Shown: positions 41,130 to 48,605 of the stretch, one piece after another | How the letters are laid out: each line of letters begins with the position of its first letter | Position numbering within the stretch: the first letter of the stretch is position 1 | From: Marispirochaeta sp. | GTDB taxonomy: Bacteria > Spirochaetota > Spirochaetia > JC444 > Marispirochaetaceae | Assembly: GCA_963676835.2 (NCBI GenBank) | Contig: CAXXFF010000003.1 | Location: 128,001 to 192,000 of the forward strand | Direction: 5' to 3' | DNA: 64,000 nt | Translations under genes and position numbers: made by a program | Notes under the pieces: model-generated | What the model saw: the letters and a program-made list of their open reading frames with translations, nothing else | The model's database searches: none | Told to the model about the DNA's origin: nothing

Positions 41130-42269
41130 TTAGCTGGCGGCTGTCATCAGCCGGGAGAAAGCGGACCGCTTTGCGTATTCCAGCGCAAGGCGCTGCACGA
41201 TAACAATCCGGGTCTGGTACTTCGCAGCCAGGGTGTACGGGTCCATGAGCATTCCTGCATTCTTGCGAGCTCCGTATAGTATCCAACGGAAATTCCCGAA
41301 CCCTACAAAGGCGGTATCAGCACCGGATGTGCTGGGCGCCTGATTACATTCCACAATGGGGTATTTTCCGTGTATCGAGGTCCTGTTCTGACCATAGGGG
41401 TTCCAGAGATAGTTGCCTGCGGCATCGGTCTCTTTCTGAAGATTTACCGCCACATCGGGATGCATGACAAAGAGTCCATTTTCCCGTGCATAGGTCGGTA
41501 CATCGTGGTACAGGTCAATCAGATGCTCAACACTGATACTGCTGAATGCCGTGGATCCGGAACCGAACACAGTACTGTAGCTGATTGTCGGGGTAAAGAT
41601 TCCAGAGAATCCGCCATAAGTATCCGAGCCGTCACCATTCAGAATGGCGTTGTCGATTGCCTGACCTGCTTCCTCTGCGAACTGCTCAATCAAGAGGCCT
41701 GCAATGTCGGTTGCTGAGTCTTCAAGCAGCTCATTTGAGCAGATGGTGTAACAGTCAAGCCGGCGGGTATTCAGGGTAGCTTCCGAGAAGGTTGCATCTG
41801 TCTGGTCGATGTCATCCCCTTCCTGGTGCCAGGAAACTGAAATGCGGTCATCGAGGATAGGCACCTTCATGCTATCCCGATTCATCCGTATTTTGGTAAG
41901 GTAGGGAATCATTTCTGATGCCCCTTCAACGAATTTCATAAGCATGGTGTGGAACTCTGTTGGAACCAGATAACCTCCTGAAGCGTCGGTCCCTTCGACC
42001 ATGTTCGCCTTGGTATGCCACTGCTTAAGCTGGTAGTTTGCCTCGGGGCTGCCCTTCTGAGCCTTGTACATGGTCTGAAAATAGGTTGCCAGCTCCACGG
42101 TCTTCGCGACTTCTTCGGGATCCTCTGCATTGAAATTCTTATTCCTTACAATCCCCTGGAGCTCCAAGCCCCTTTCAGCGATAGACTCCCGCAGTTTTAC
42201 GCGGTATTCATTCAGGCTCAATTCGCCGTTTTTAAACTGTTCTGTAAAATCTGTTGCTTTATGGTCCAT
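41130..42269 (-). CDS. HK97-fold major capsid protein
   Basis: N-terminal coiled-coil delta domain, then GTDASGGYLVPTEF, SNELLEDSATDI, AILNGDG, FVMHP, GNYLW, FGNF. Confidence 0.92.
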   Translation of the reverse strand: MDHKATDFTEQFKNGELSLNEYRVKLRESIAERGLELQGIVRNKNFNAEDPEEVAKTVELATYFQTMYKAQKGSPEANYQLKQWHTKANMVEGTDASGGYLVPTEFHTMLMKFVEGASEMIPYLTKIRMNRDSMKVPILDDRISVSWHQEGDDIDQTDATFSEATLNTRRLDCYTICSNELLEDSATDIAGLLIEQFAEEAGQAIDNAILNGDGSDTYGGFSGIFTPTISYSTVFGSGSTAFSSISVEHLIDLYHDVPTYARENGLFVMHPDVAVNLQKETDAAGNYLWNPYGQNRTSIHGKYPIVECNQAPSTSGADTAFVGFGNFRWILYGARKNAGMLMDPYTLAAKYQTRIVIVQRLALEYAKRSAFSRLMTAAS

Positions 42270-42279
42270 AAATATCCTC

Positions 42280-42957
42280 TCAATCGTTTACTATTAAACA
42301 TCCGGGGGTTACGCGATTTTCCATACGTATCCGCCGTTCTAAAACATCGAGCTCCTTGAGTTCCTTCTCAAGCTCCTCAATCTCCTCGTAAAGCGCTTCC
42401 CTTTGTTTTGCTTCCCGGATAGCACGCTCCACGGCCTTCATGTATTCATCCGGATCGCTATCACCAAGTAGCAGCCCTTTAGCATGAACTACCGGCATAA
42501 GAAAATCTTTTGCGTCACGGATAACACGAGCCCCTTCATTTGCGGGGATTGAAACACAGGAAACTTCCAGTAAATCAGCTTCCGTCCATACCCTGGTTCC
42601 ATTCTGCTTTGTCCACTTCTTGGGCTGAAAGCCTACCGAAAAGCTGGTAAGGAAATCTTCTTCATACAGCTTTTCAAGCTCTTTCCCCAGGTCCGTGTCC
42701 GCAAACACAATGTCCAGATTCAATGATTTGGAAGTGATTTCACCTCCTACGGCCTTACCTACCGGGGGTATATTCTGGTCATGCCCCCAGAGAACAACAG
42801 GGTTATTCTTGAGATACCGCGGGAGTGATTTTGTCCAGGCGGTGGGAAGTATCACTTCACCATCCCGGTCAACGTCTGAAGTTGATGCAACGATCCGGAA
42901 AACCTTCTTGCTTCCCTTCTCGATTACGTCATCGACTCCAGCCTTAAACCTAATCAT
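42280..42957 (-). CDS. HK97-family prohead maturation protease (S78)
   Basis: ASTSDVDRDGE, NPVVLWGHD, SFSVGF, LLEVSCVSIPAN. ATG behind GAGGAGG. Confidence 0.92.
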   Translation of the reverse strand: MIRFKAGVDDVIEKGSKKVFRIVASTSDVDRDGEVILPTAWTKSLPRYLKNNPVVLWGHDQNIPPVGKAVGGEITSKSLNLDIVFADTDLGKELEKLYEEDFLTSFSVGFQPKKWTKQNGTRVWTEADLLEVSCVSIPANEGARVIRDAKDFLMPVVHAKGLLLGDSDPDEYMKAVERAIREAKQREALYEEIEELEKELKELDVLERRIRMENRVTPGCLIVND

Positions 42958-43185
42958 TTGTCCTCCTCGCGAATCGTGCCCTTTACGCCTTCCTGCCTGA
43001 TTTACATCCCGATTTACGCCATTACTGACTGAGCGGTTAACGACTGAGCAGACAACCCAGACTGATGACCCTTTTCGCATAATACTATACACACGTATAG
43101 TTATAATATAACAATTAGCTATTTACGCTAATAGATCCCTATGTACTGTAACGATTTAACCGCTACAGGTGGCCACCAAGGTGGC

Positions 43186-45108
43186 TCAAGTATTAACAAC
43201 CGACTTACTGTCAATTAACAACTCACCGTTTTTTGTCATTTTGAAAAGCGCTTTTCCCACTTCATTGCCATTCAAATCAATATGGAAATGGTAAGTTCCG
43301 CCTGTTGCCGTTTTCGCCTGGTCTTCGTTCTGGATGGAAACGCGCTCCCCGGAGGCAACCCCGATCATGTATGAATCATCCCGGTAGCCTTCCGGGACTG
43401 TGAAGTCACCGCCAGATTTATAACTGGGAACCGGGGTGCTCTGAATGGCGGCAACCTGTGCAGCACCTATCCCTGCAGCGGCTACCGACAAACCTATGCC
43501 AGCAAACCCGCCAGGGTCGGCAAGGAAGCCGATAATGGCCGCAGCTGTATCAACTGTCGCCTGAAGCGTTCCCAGGGCCTTGGCGCGCTCTGACTGCTTT
43601 CTGGCGATCTCTTTTTTCTTGTTTTCAAGGCGTTCCTCTGCAGCTTCCCTTTCGGCTGTCCCTTCCTTGGTCGCTTCAACTTCTGCCTTCAGGCGGTTAA
43701 GCTCTTCCTGCTCTGCATTTGAGGTTATGGTGTTCAGGGATCCGAAAAAGCTTCCCGCCATGCCTGACAGAGTGCTGTAGTAAAATTCCATTTCAGAATG
43801 CCGTTCAGCTAGTATCCGCGCTTCTTCAGCGGCGACAGCTTCGGCAGCGGATATCTGCTCAAGCCTCCACTGTTCAATCCAGTCAGATTTCTGGGACCAA
43901 AAATTCATCTCTGTATCAGCCAGCGATTGAGTGGCATTCTTCATTTGGACAAGCTTTTCGTTTAGCTCCTCGAGTACCGCTCGCACTTTTGGGCCGTCTT
44001 CAAATGATTCAAATAATTTTATTTCCTGCTCAAGTGCTTTTTGAGCTCCCTCTGCCGTACGCGCATAGGCCTCTTCCAGGGCATCAAGATTAGCCTGTCG
44101 CTGGGCCTCTTTGGCAGCTTTGTCCGCTTCCTGAGCCGCAAGTACTTCAGCTGCAGCTCGTTGCTGTGCTGATGCAACAGCAGCATAATCATCCGAAATA
44201 GCAAGCTGTGCCTGGCGGCTTCTCATTTCGGCAAGACGCTGCTCTTCTTCGCGGAGCTGTCTGTTGACGTTTATCCCCCGCATCTTCTGGGTATTAAGCT
44301 CGGCAATGCGCATTACCTGCCGCTCAATTGCAGTTGTGAGTGTTGTTGTATCATCAGCTTCGCCTGTAAGGATCTTCTGCAGGGCCATTTCACCAGCGAG
44401 AAGGTTGTTTACCTCGGTAAGCATTTCGGTAAAAGCTCTCCGGAGAGGAGTCATACCCCGGGCTACATACTGGCCAATAGCCTCCTGGGTATCCCCGATG
44501 GTGTTCTGGTACTGCAGGTAAGCTCCGGAGGCAGTATTTGCTTCCTCCTGGGCTACCAGGAAAGCGGCAGCAAGCTGACGCTCTGCAATAGCAGCTTTCT
44601 CTGTTTCGGTGGCTGCATTTTTTACAGCAGGCATGTACCGGTTCATCATGTCGTAATTGCCCTGCTGGGCATTTACCGTTGCTTTTATCGCTGCTTGAAG
44701 ATCGACGCCGAAGGCCTTTGACAGCCCTATGGCGTCCTTGGTTGCCTGCTTGGCGGCTTCAGCCGAGAGTCCGGCAGAAACAGCATACTGCTGCAGTTGG
44801 ATTGAAGCTTCATCGCCGACTGTGGTTATCCCCTGCAGTTCTGAGGCAAAATCCTGCATAGCTCCAGAGACTGCTGCCGAATACTTTCCAGTAGCCCGGA
44901 GTGATGCATTCAAAAGGGCAACACTTTTCTCCTGAACAAAGAAGGCTTGTTCAGCTTTCGCCAGCTGCTTAGTGACTGAGACAAGCGCAGCGCCTGCGGC
45001 GGCGATACCGGTAGTCATTAAGGCTACGCTTTTCATGTAGTCTTTGACGCTTTTCTGTGATTTCTTTGTCTCTGTTAAAATATCAACTTGAACTGTATCT
45101 TTTGCCAT
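43186..45108 (-). CDS. Tail tape-measure-like protein (640 aa)
   Basis: Ala-rich helical protein with QEKSVALLNASLRATG...ASELQGITTVGDE N-terminal pattern, long coiled coils, a Gly/Ala hydrophobic segment and a C-terminal YKSGG...DS...SGERV motif typical of TMPs. Confidence 0.78.
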   Translation of the reverse strand: MAKDTVQVDILTETKKSQKSVKDYMKSVALMTTGIAAAGAALVSVTKQLAKAEQAFFVQEKSVALLNASLRATGKYSAAVSGAMQDFASELQGITTVGDEASIQLQQYAVSAGLSAEAAKQATKDAIGLSKAFGVDLQAAIKATVNAQQGNYDMMNRYMPAVKNAATETEKAAIAERQLAAAFLVAQEEANTASGAYLQYQNTIGDTQEAIGQYVARGMTPLRRAFTEMLTEVNNLLAGEMALQKILTGEADDTTTLTTAIERQVMRIAELNTQKMRGINVNRQLREEEQRLAEMRSRQAQLAISDDYAAVASAQQRAAAEVLAAQEADKAAKEAQRQANLDALEEAYARTAEGAQKALEQEIKLFESFEDGPKVRAVLEELNEKLVQMKNATQSLADTEMNFWSQKSDWIEQWRLEQISAAEAVAAEEARILAERHSEMEFYYSTLSGMAGSFFGSLNTITSNAEQEELNRLKAEVEATKEGTAEREAAEERLENKKKEIARKQSERAKALGTLQATVDTAAAIIGFLADPGGFAGIGLSVAAAGIGAAQVAAIQSTPVPSYKSGGDFTVPEGYRDDSYMIGVASGERVSIQNEDQAKTATGGTYHFHIDLNGNEVGKALFKMTKNGELLIDSKSVVNT

Positions 45109-45136
45109 AATTAGGCTCCTACTCTAGTGATGGTCA

Positions 45137-45613
45137 CTACCCTGCAAGTACTTGCGTGCGATTGGTGGCCGTGGTGGTGGCTATTTTCCGATGAAATGCC
45201 AATTTTTCCCTGTAATACACCCCCCAGGTCTCTTTGTTGGAATCGTCCGGAGCTGCATTGAATGATAAATGTTCATAATAGGGAAATTCACAGGAGGGGC
45301 AGCAATCTTCAAATCCTTGACGATACTGGAAGATTTTTCCGCATGCTGGACATTTCACCTGAGTGCCAGGGTGCTGATACCGGACTACGTTTTTCTGTTT
45401 GAAAAAGATTTTCTTTTCTTGAGCAGCCTCAAAAACTTCTTTAACAGAAACGACCTTGTATCGATTGCTATGGTGTTCAATCAGGGAGTCTTTCAAGCTA
45501 TCACGCTCAGAGTCGGTGATAGTAATTATGCGGTCCCGAATTTCTGCCATCGAAAGGCGAATAGTATTCGGGTAATATTCTTTAAGATATTCTAGAAATT
45601 CCTTGCTCGTCAT
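45137..45613 (-). CDS. Hypothetical protein with C4 zinc finger; possible helicase loader/inhibitor
   Basis: CPACG...CCPSC. The N-terminal MTSKEFLEYLKEYYPN resembles G39P-type loaders, and the gene lies directly after the initiator. Confidence 0.45.
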   Translation of the reverse strand: MTSKEFLEYLKEYYPNTIRLSMAEIRDRIITITDSERDSLKDSLIEHHSNRYKVVSVKEVFEAAQEKKIFFKQKNVVRYQHPGTQVKCPACGKIFQYRQGFEDCCPSCEFPYYEHLSFNAAPDDSNKETWGVYYREKLAFHRKIATTTATNRTQVLAG

Positions 45614-46094
45614 CGCTCCCCTCCCCAGGTGATCGACTATTGTTCATAAGATCATCAATTGAAAAATCTTCTCCGCCCCATTGTTGAGGGGTACTGTTAT
45701 TGGTACCTGTTCCCTGGTAATGTTCGGGCGTATCCATTACGCTCCCAGGGTGACACTCTTTCGCCCCGGTAGTGTCATCGTTACGCAAGGGGGGTGTCAT
45801 CATTACGCGCCCCGGTATGTAATAATCATTTGACCGGTTATATTGTTTACCAGTTTTCCCGGTAGCTAATCGTTGTCTAACCTTAATTTCACCCTTTTCT
45901 TCAAGACTTCTTATGCAGCGCTGCACAGTTCGTCTGCTCAGCTTGGTAATCTTTACAAGCGATTCTATTCCAGGAAAACACTCTCCTTGCTTATTGGCGT
46001 AGCGTAATAATCCGATCAAAACGAGAGTTTCACTCGAGCTCAAAGCCGCATTTTCCATCAGTGCATTCGGCACTACGAAATACCTACCTGACAC
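45582..46094 (-). CDS. Phage-type replication initiator with N-terminal winged HTH (HTH_36-like)
   Basis: GTG start behind GGAG. FVVPNAL...LLRYANKQGECFPGIESL...LSRRTVQRCIRSLEEKGEI. Iterons lie inside the gene. Confidence 0.75.
   Translation of the reverse strand: MSGRYFVVPNALMENAALSSSETLVLIGLLRYANKQGECFPGIESLVKITKLSRRTVQRCIRSLEEKGEIKVRQRLATGKTGKQYNRSNDYYIPGRVMMTPPLRNDDTTGAKECHPGSVMDTPEHYQGTGTNNSTPQQWGGEDFSIDDLMNNSRSPGEGSDDEQGISRIS
45728..45808. repeat. Four 15-bp iterons with 22-bp period (putative ori)
   Basis: GCGTATCCATTACGC (45728), GTGACACTCTTTCGC (45750), GTGTCATCGTTACGC (45772), GTGTCATCATTACGC (45794). Confidence 0.7.
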
Positions 46095-46095
46095 A

Positions 46096-46287
46096 TCAAA
46101 CTTTCTCCACGCGGCCACGGCCCAAGAGCCACTCTTCAAGCTCCTGAACATCAAATACAACCCGTCTACCCCATTTGTAAAATGGAACGGTTTTCGCGCT
46201 GGTCGCATTCCAGAAAAATTGTTTACTGAGGCCGTAACGAGTTACAGCCTCAGAGACACTGATCAATTCTTTTCCCTGGATCTGCAT
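46096..46287 (-). CDS. Excisionase/AlpA-like HTH DNA-binding protein
   Basis: LISVSEAVTRYGLSKQFF...VPFYKWGRRVVFDVQELEEWL (HTH_17 pattern). Confidence 0.8.
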   Translation of the reverse strand: MQIQGKELISVSEAVTRYGLSKQFFWNATSAKTVPFYKWGRRVVFDVQELEEWLLGRGRVEKV

Positions 46288-46290
46288 GGC

Positions 46291-46728
46291 TTAATCCTTC
46301 CTCACCAGCTTCCTTGGGTCCATTAAGCCTTCTGGCAGATTCTGGTCCATTGTTTTAACTAATTCATAATCAAAACCAAAATAATCACAGGTAGACATAA
46401 GTTCTTGCTTGTAAGTCCCCTCTATTTCGGTGGAAATCTTTTCCCCAAAAGACGGATCTTCGTCACGTTTTAGCTCCCAAAGCAGTACAGCTCTGTCAGT
46501 GCTGAAATATCGGTAATCAGTGTCTTTCCCTCCTGGGTTATATGGAGCCATCAATCGACGCCATGTCATAATTGCTGCTGTCTGAATTATCTGTTTCCAG
46601 GTTTCTTTTGTGATCATATCCCTAATGAACTGAGCTTCAGAAAGATCATTATCTGAAGCAAGCTTATTGAGCCATTCACACTGACGTTCTGTAAGGTAGA
46701 AATTTTTCAGCTTGTCTTTCTTTTCCAT
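46291..46728 (-). CDS. Regulator with N-terminal ribbon-helix-helix-like domain
   Basis: KNFYLTERQCEWLNKLASDNDLSEAQFIRDMI. ATG behind GAGGGGAG. Confidence 0.55.
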   Translation of the reverse strand: MEKKDKLKNFYLTERQCEWLNKLASDNDLSEAQFIRDMITKETWKQIIQTAAIMTWRRLMAPYNPGGKDTDYRYFSTDRAVLLWELKRDEDPSFGEKISTEIEGTYKQELMSTCDYFGFDYELVKTMDQNLPEGLMDPRKLVRKD

Positions 46729-46747
46729 TGCACTCCCCTCTTTTAAT

Positions 46748-46776
46748 AAGATACCGCTCAATTCTTTATATGTCAA
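46748..46776 (-). promoter_or_regulatory. Sigma70 promoter driving the satellite's minus-strand operon
   Basis: Minus strand TTGACA-17 nt-TATCTT, overlapped by ATTCTTTAT repeats. Confidence 0.7.
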
Positions 46777-46884
46777 TCTTATTCTTTATGTTTGATGTTT
46801 TATAAAGATTTTGTATTGGTGGCCAAAAGGTGGCCGGGGTGGTGGCTGTTTTTTATTAGGTAAAAAAGAGTAAACATTAACAAT

Positions 46885-46913
46885 TTGCGTAATTCTTTGT
46901 TATGTGGTATATT
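46885..46913 (+). promoter_or_regulatory. Outward-facing extended -10 promoter next to attR
   Basis: TTGCGT-17 nt-TATATT with TGn extension. Confidence 0.55.
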
Positions 46914-46962
46914 ATAAAAACTAATACAGCCAACTAAAGGCTATTAAAGGCAGCATTATTAC

Positions 46963-47018
46963 CTTGAGGGGCTAGTGGCCGTTAGGCCGTGCTGGTTCAA
47001 GTCCAGTTCGCCGCACTA
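46963..47018 (+). repeat. attR core (duplicated 3' part of tRNA-Leu)
   Basis: 56-bp exact copy of 38775-38830. Confidence 0.95.
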
Positions 47019-47020
47019 TA

Positions 47021-47059
47021 AAAAGACCATTCGACTTTTGTCGGATGGTCTTTTTTTTT
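47021..47059 (+). terminator. Original tRNA-Leu terminator, displaced behind attR
   Basis: GACCATTCGAC-tttt-GTCGGATGGTC followed by T9. Confidence 0.88.
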
Positions 47060-47392
47060 GGCGCGAACTGGACTTGAATAGAGTGAGCGCCGACCGATCA
47101 GGGAGGAAAAGCAGGCATGGATGCCTGCGGCAGCGAACGGCAGGGGCCCGGAAGGAGGAAACAGGATGTTTCCGACTGGAGGGCAAGTCCAGCCCTCAGA
47201 CTAAGATCAACTTCCAAACCCAGATGGTCTTTTTTTTCTGCGCGAACTGGACTTGAAACGGAGTTTCGGCGCGACTGAATAAGGAGCGCAAATCGACAGG
47301 ACGTCGATTTAGAAACGCAGGCAGCCTGCAGGGAGGAGACACGATGTCGACGACCGGAAGGCAAGGCCAGCCCCCAGAGTAAGATCAACTTC
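47044..47392 (+). repeat. Two ~179-bp degenerate structured repeats
   Basis: Shared GATGGTCTTTTTTT, GCGCGAACTGGACTTGAA (47061/47240) and TAAGATCAACTTC (47202/47380), with internal hairpins. Confidence 0.75.
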
Positions 47393-47501
47393 AAGAAACA
47401 GAGTCTCTTTATTTATTATCTTAAACCTGCAATAATTATTTGTCTCAGGCACATGTTCCTGAAACCGACCGGCTTATGTGCACGAAATCGGGAGTAGAAA
47501 T

Positions 47502-48605
47502 ATGATTGAAAAGATTATCAAATCCCCTATTAAGGTAACCGGTGAAAGGGCCTGGAGAACCTATGTGGGCGGAATGAAGATTGATGAGCTGACCAATGTT
47601 TCAAATCCTGAGGACACCAACTTTCCGGAACTATGGATCTTATCTACCGTAAAAGCCGTTAACAGCAATCGCATGGATATTATTGAAGGTCTGGGGAAAA
47701 TCTGCATAGACGGCTATGATGATCTGAACCTGGCAGATTTAATTGAAAAATATCCCGTTGAAATGCTTGGCAGAAAATATGCCCTTTCAACAGGCAACAA
47801 GATGGGGGTTCTTACCAAGATTATAGATTCAAAGGAACGTTTGACTATACAAACCCATCCGACAAAACAAAAAGCAAAAAAATATTTCAATTCAAATTAC
47901 GGCAAAACAGAAGCCTGGCATATTCTTGATACAAGAGATGATAATGCATGTATCTACTTAGGTTTTAAAGAGAATTTTTCTTTTAATGAGTTCAAACAGA
48001 CTTTCTATGATCAGGATCTGTATAGAATGCTCGGCATGCTGCACAAAATAAAGGTTAATACAGGAGAGACCTATCTGATTCCCGGAGGGTTTCCCCATGC
48101 TATTGGCGAAAGCACCATGCTGATTGAAATACAGGAGCCGACCGATTATACCCTGCGTGTTGAAAAAACAACGCCTTTTGGCTTGAAGATCAACGATATC
48201 GATTGTCACCGTGGAATAGGTATAGACAATATGTTTGACTGTTTTGACCCGATTGGGTACTCAATTGAGAAGGTCCTGGAAAAATGCCGGTTATCTCATC
48301 CAGTAATGAAAATAAGTAATAATGAGGTTGAACAGTTGATTACCCATGAAGATACCGACTGTTTCGCCATGGAAAAAATAACGGTAAAGGATCAGATGCA
48401 TTTTACCGCCGAAGATGATTTCTTCGGAATTTTCATGTTTGAAGGTAGCGGCAATCTGGTTATGGGGAATTCAACAGATAAAAACACCGTATCTTTTGAC
48501 ACATGTGACGAGTTCTTCATAGCACCGGGGTGCATGGATTTTGCGGTAAAAACAGGGACAAGGGATCCTGTTGTACTCTTTAAGATTAAAGGCCAGGCCT
48601 TGTAG
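47502..48605 (+). CDS. Class I mannose-6-phosphate isomerase-like (cupin)
   Basis: PELW, KIID, LTIQTHP, GKTEAW, PHAIG, EIQEPTD. Confidence 0.85.
   Translation: MIEKIIKSPIKVTGERAWRTYVGGMKIDELTNVSNPEDTNFPELWILSTVKAVNSNRMDIIEGLGKICIDGYDDLNLADLIEKYPVEMLGRKYALSTGNKMGVLTKIIDSKERLTIQTHPTKQKAKKYFNSNYGKTEAWHILDTRDDNACIYLGFKENFSFNEFKQTFYDQDLYRMLGMLHKIKVNTGETYLIPGGFPHAIGESTMLIEIQEPTDYTLRVEKTTPFGLKINDIDCHRGIGIDNMFDCFDPIGYSIEKVLEKCRLSHPVMKISNNEVEQLITHEDTDCFAMEKITVKDQMHFTAEDDFFGIFMFEGSGNLVMGNSTDKNTVSFDTCDEFFIAPGCMDFAVKTGTRDPVVLFKIKGQAL

Larger units (their letters stand above)
38775..47018. mobile_element. tRNA-Leu-integrated phage-satellite-like element (~8.2 kb)
   Basis: Perfect 56-bp direct repeats at both ends, a tyrosine integrase next to the tRNA, replication and head/tail-related genes, and the host tRNA terminator displaced downstream of attR. 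Confidence 0.9.

Noticed and set aside
46094..46208. ORF-track N-terminal extension of the rep gene (and similar extensions of the protease to 43092 and terS to 41128)
   Set aside because: The extensions overlap xis or structured non-coding DNA. SD-supported starts lie at 46094, 42957 and 41005.
46963..47018. Second tRNA-Leu gene
   Set aside because: Only the 3' 56 bp is present (no 5' acceptor strand or D-arm). It is attR.
38775..47018. Complete prophage or canonical cf-PICI
   Set aside because: No portal, TerL, connectors, tail tube or lysis genes are recognisable within the att sites.
47044..47392. CRISPR array
   Set aside because: Only two long degenerate units, no constant repeat-spacer period and no cas genes.
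46975..47394. ORFs 46975-47256 (+) and 47098-47394 (-)
   Set aside because: They run through attR, a terminator and structured repeats, and show no coding features.
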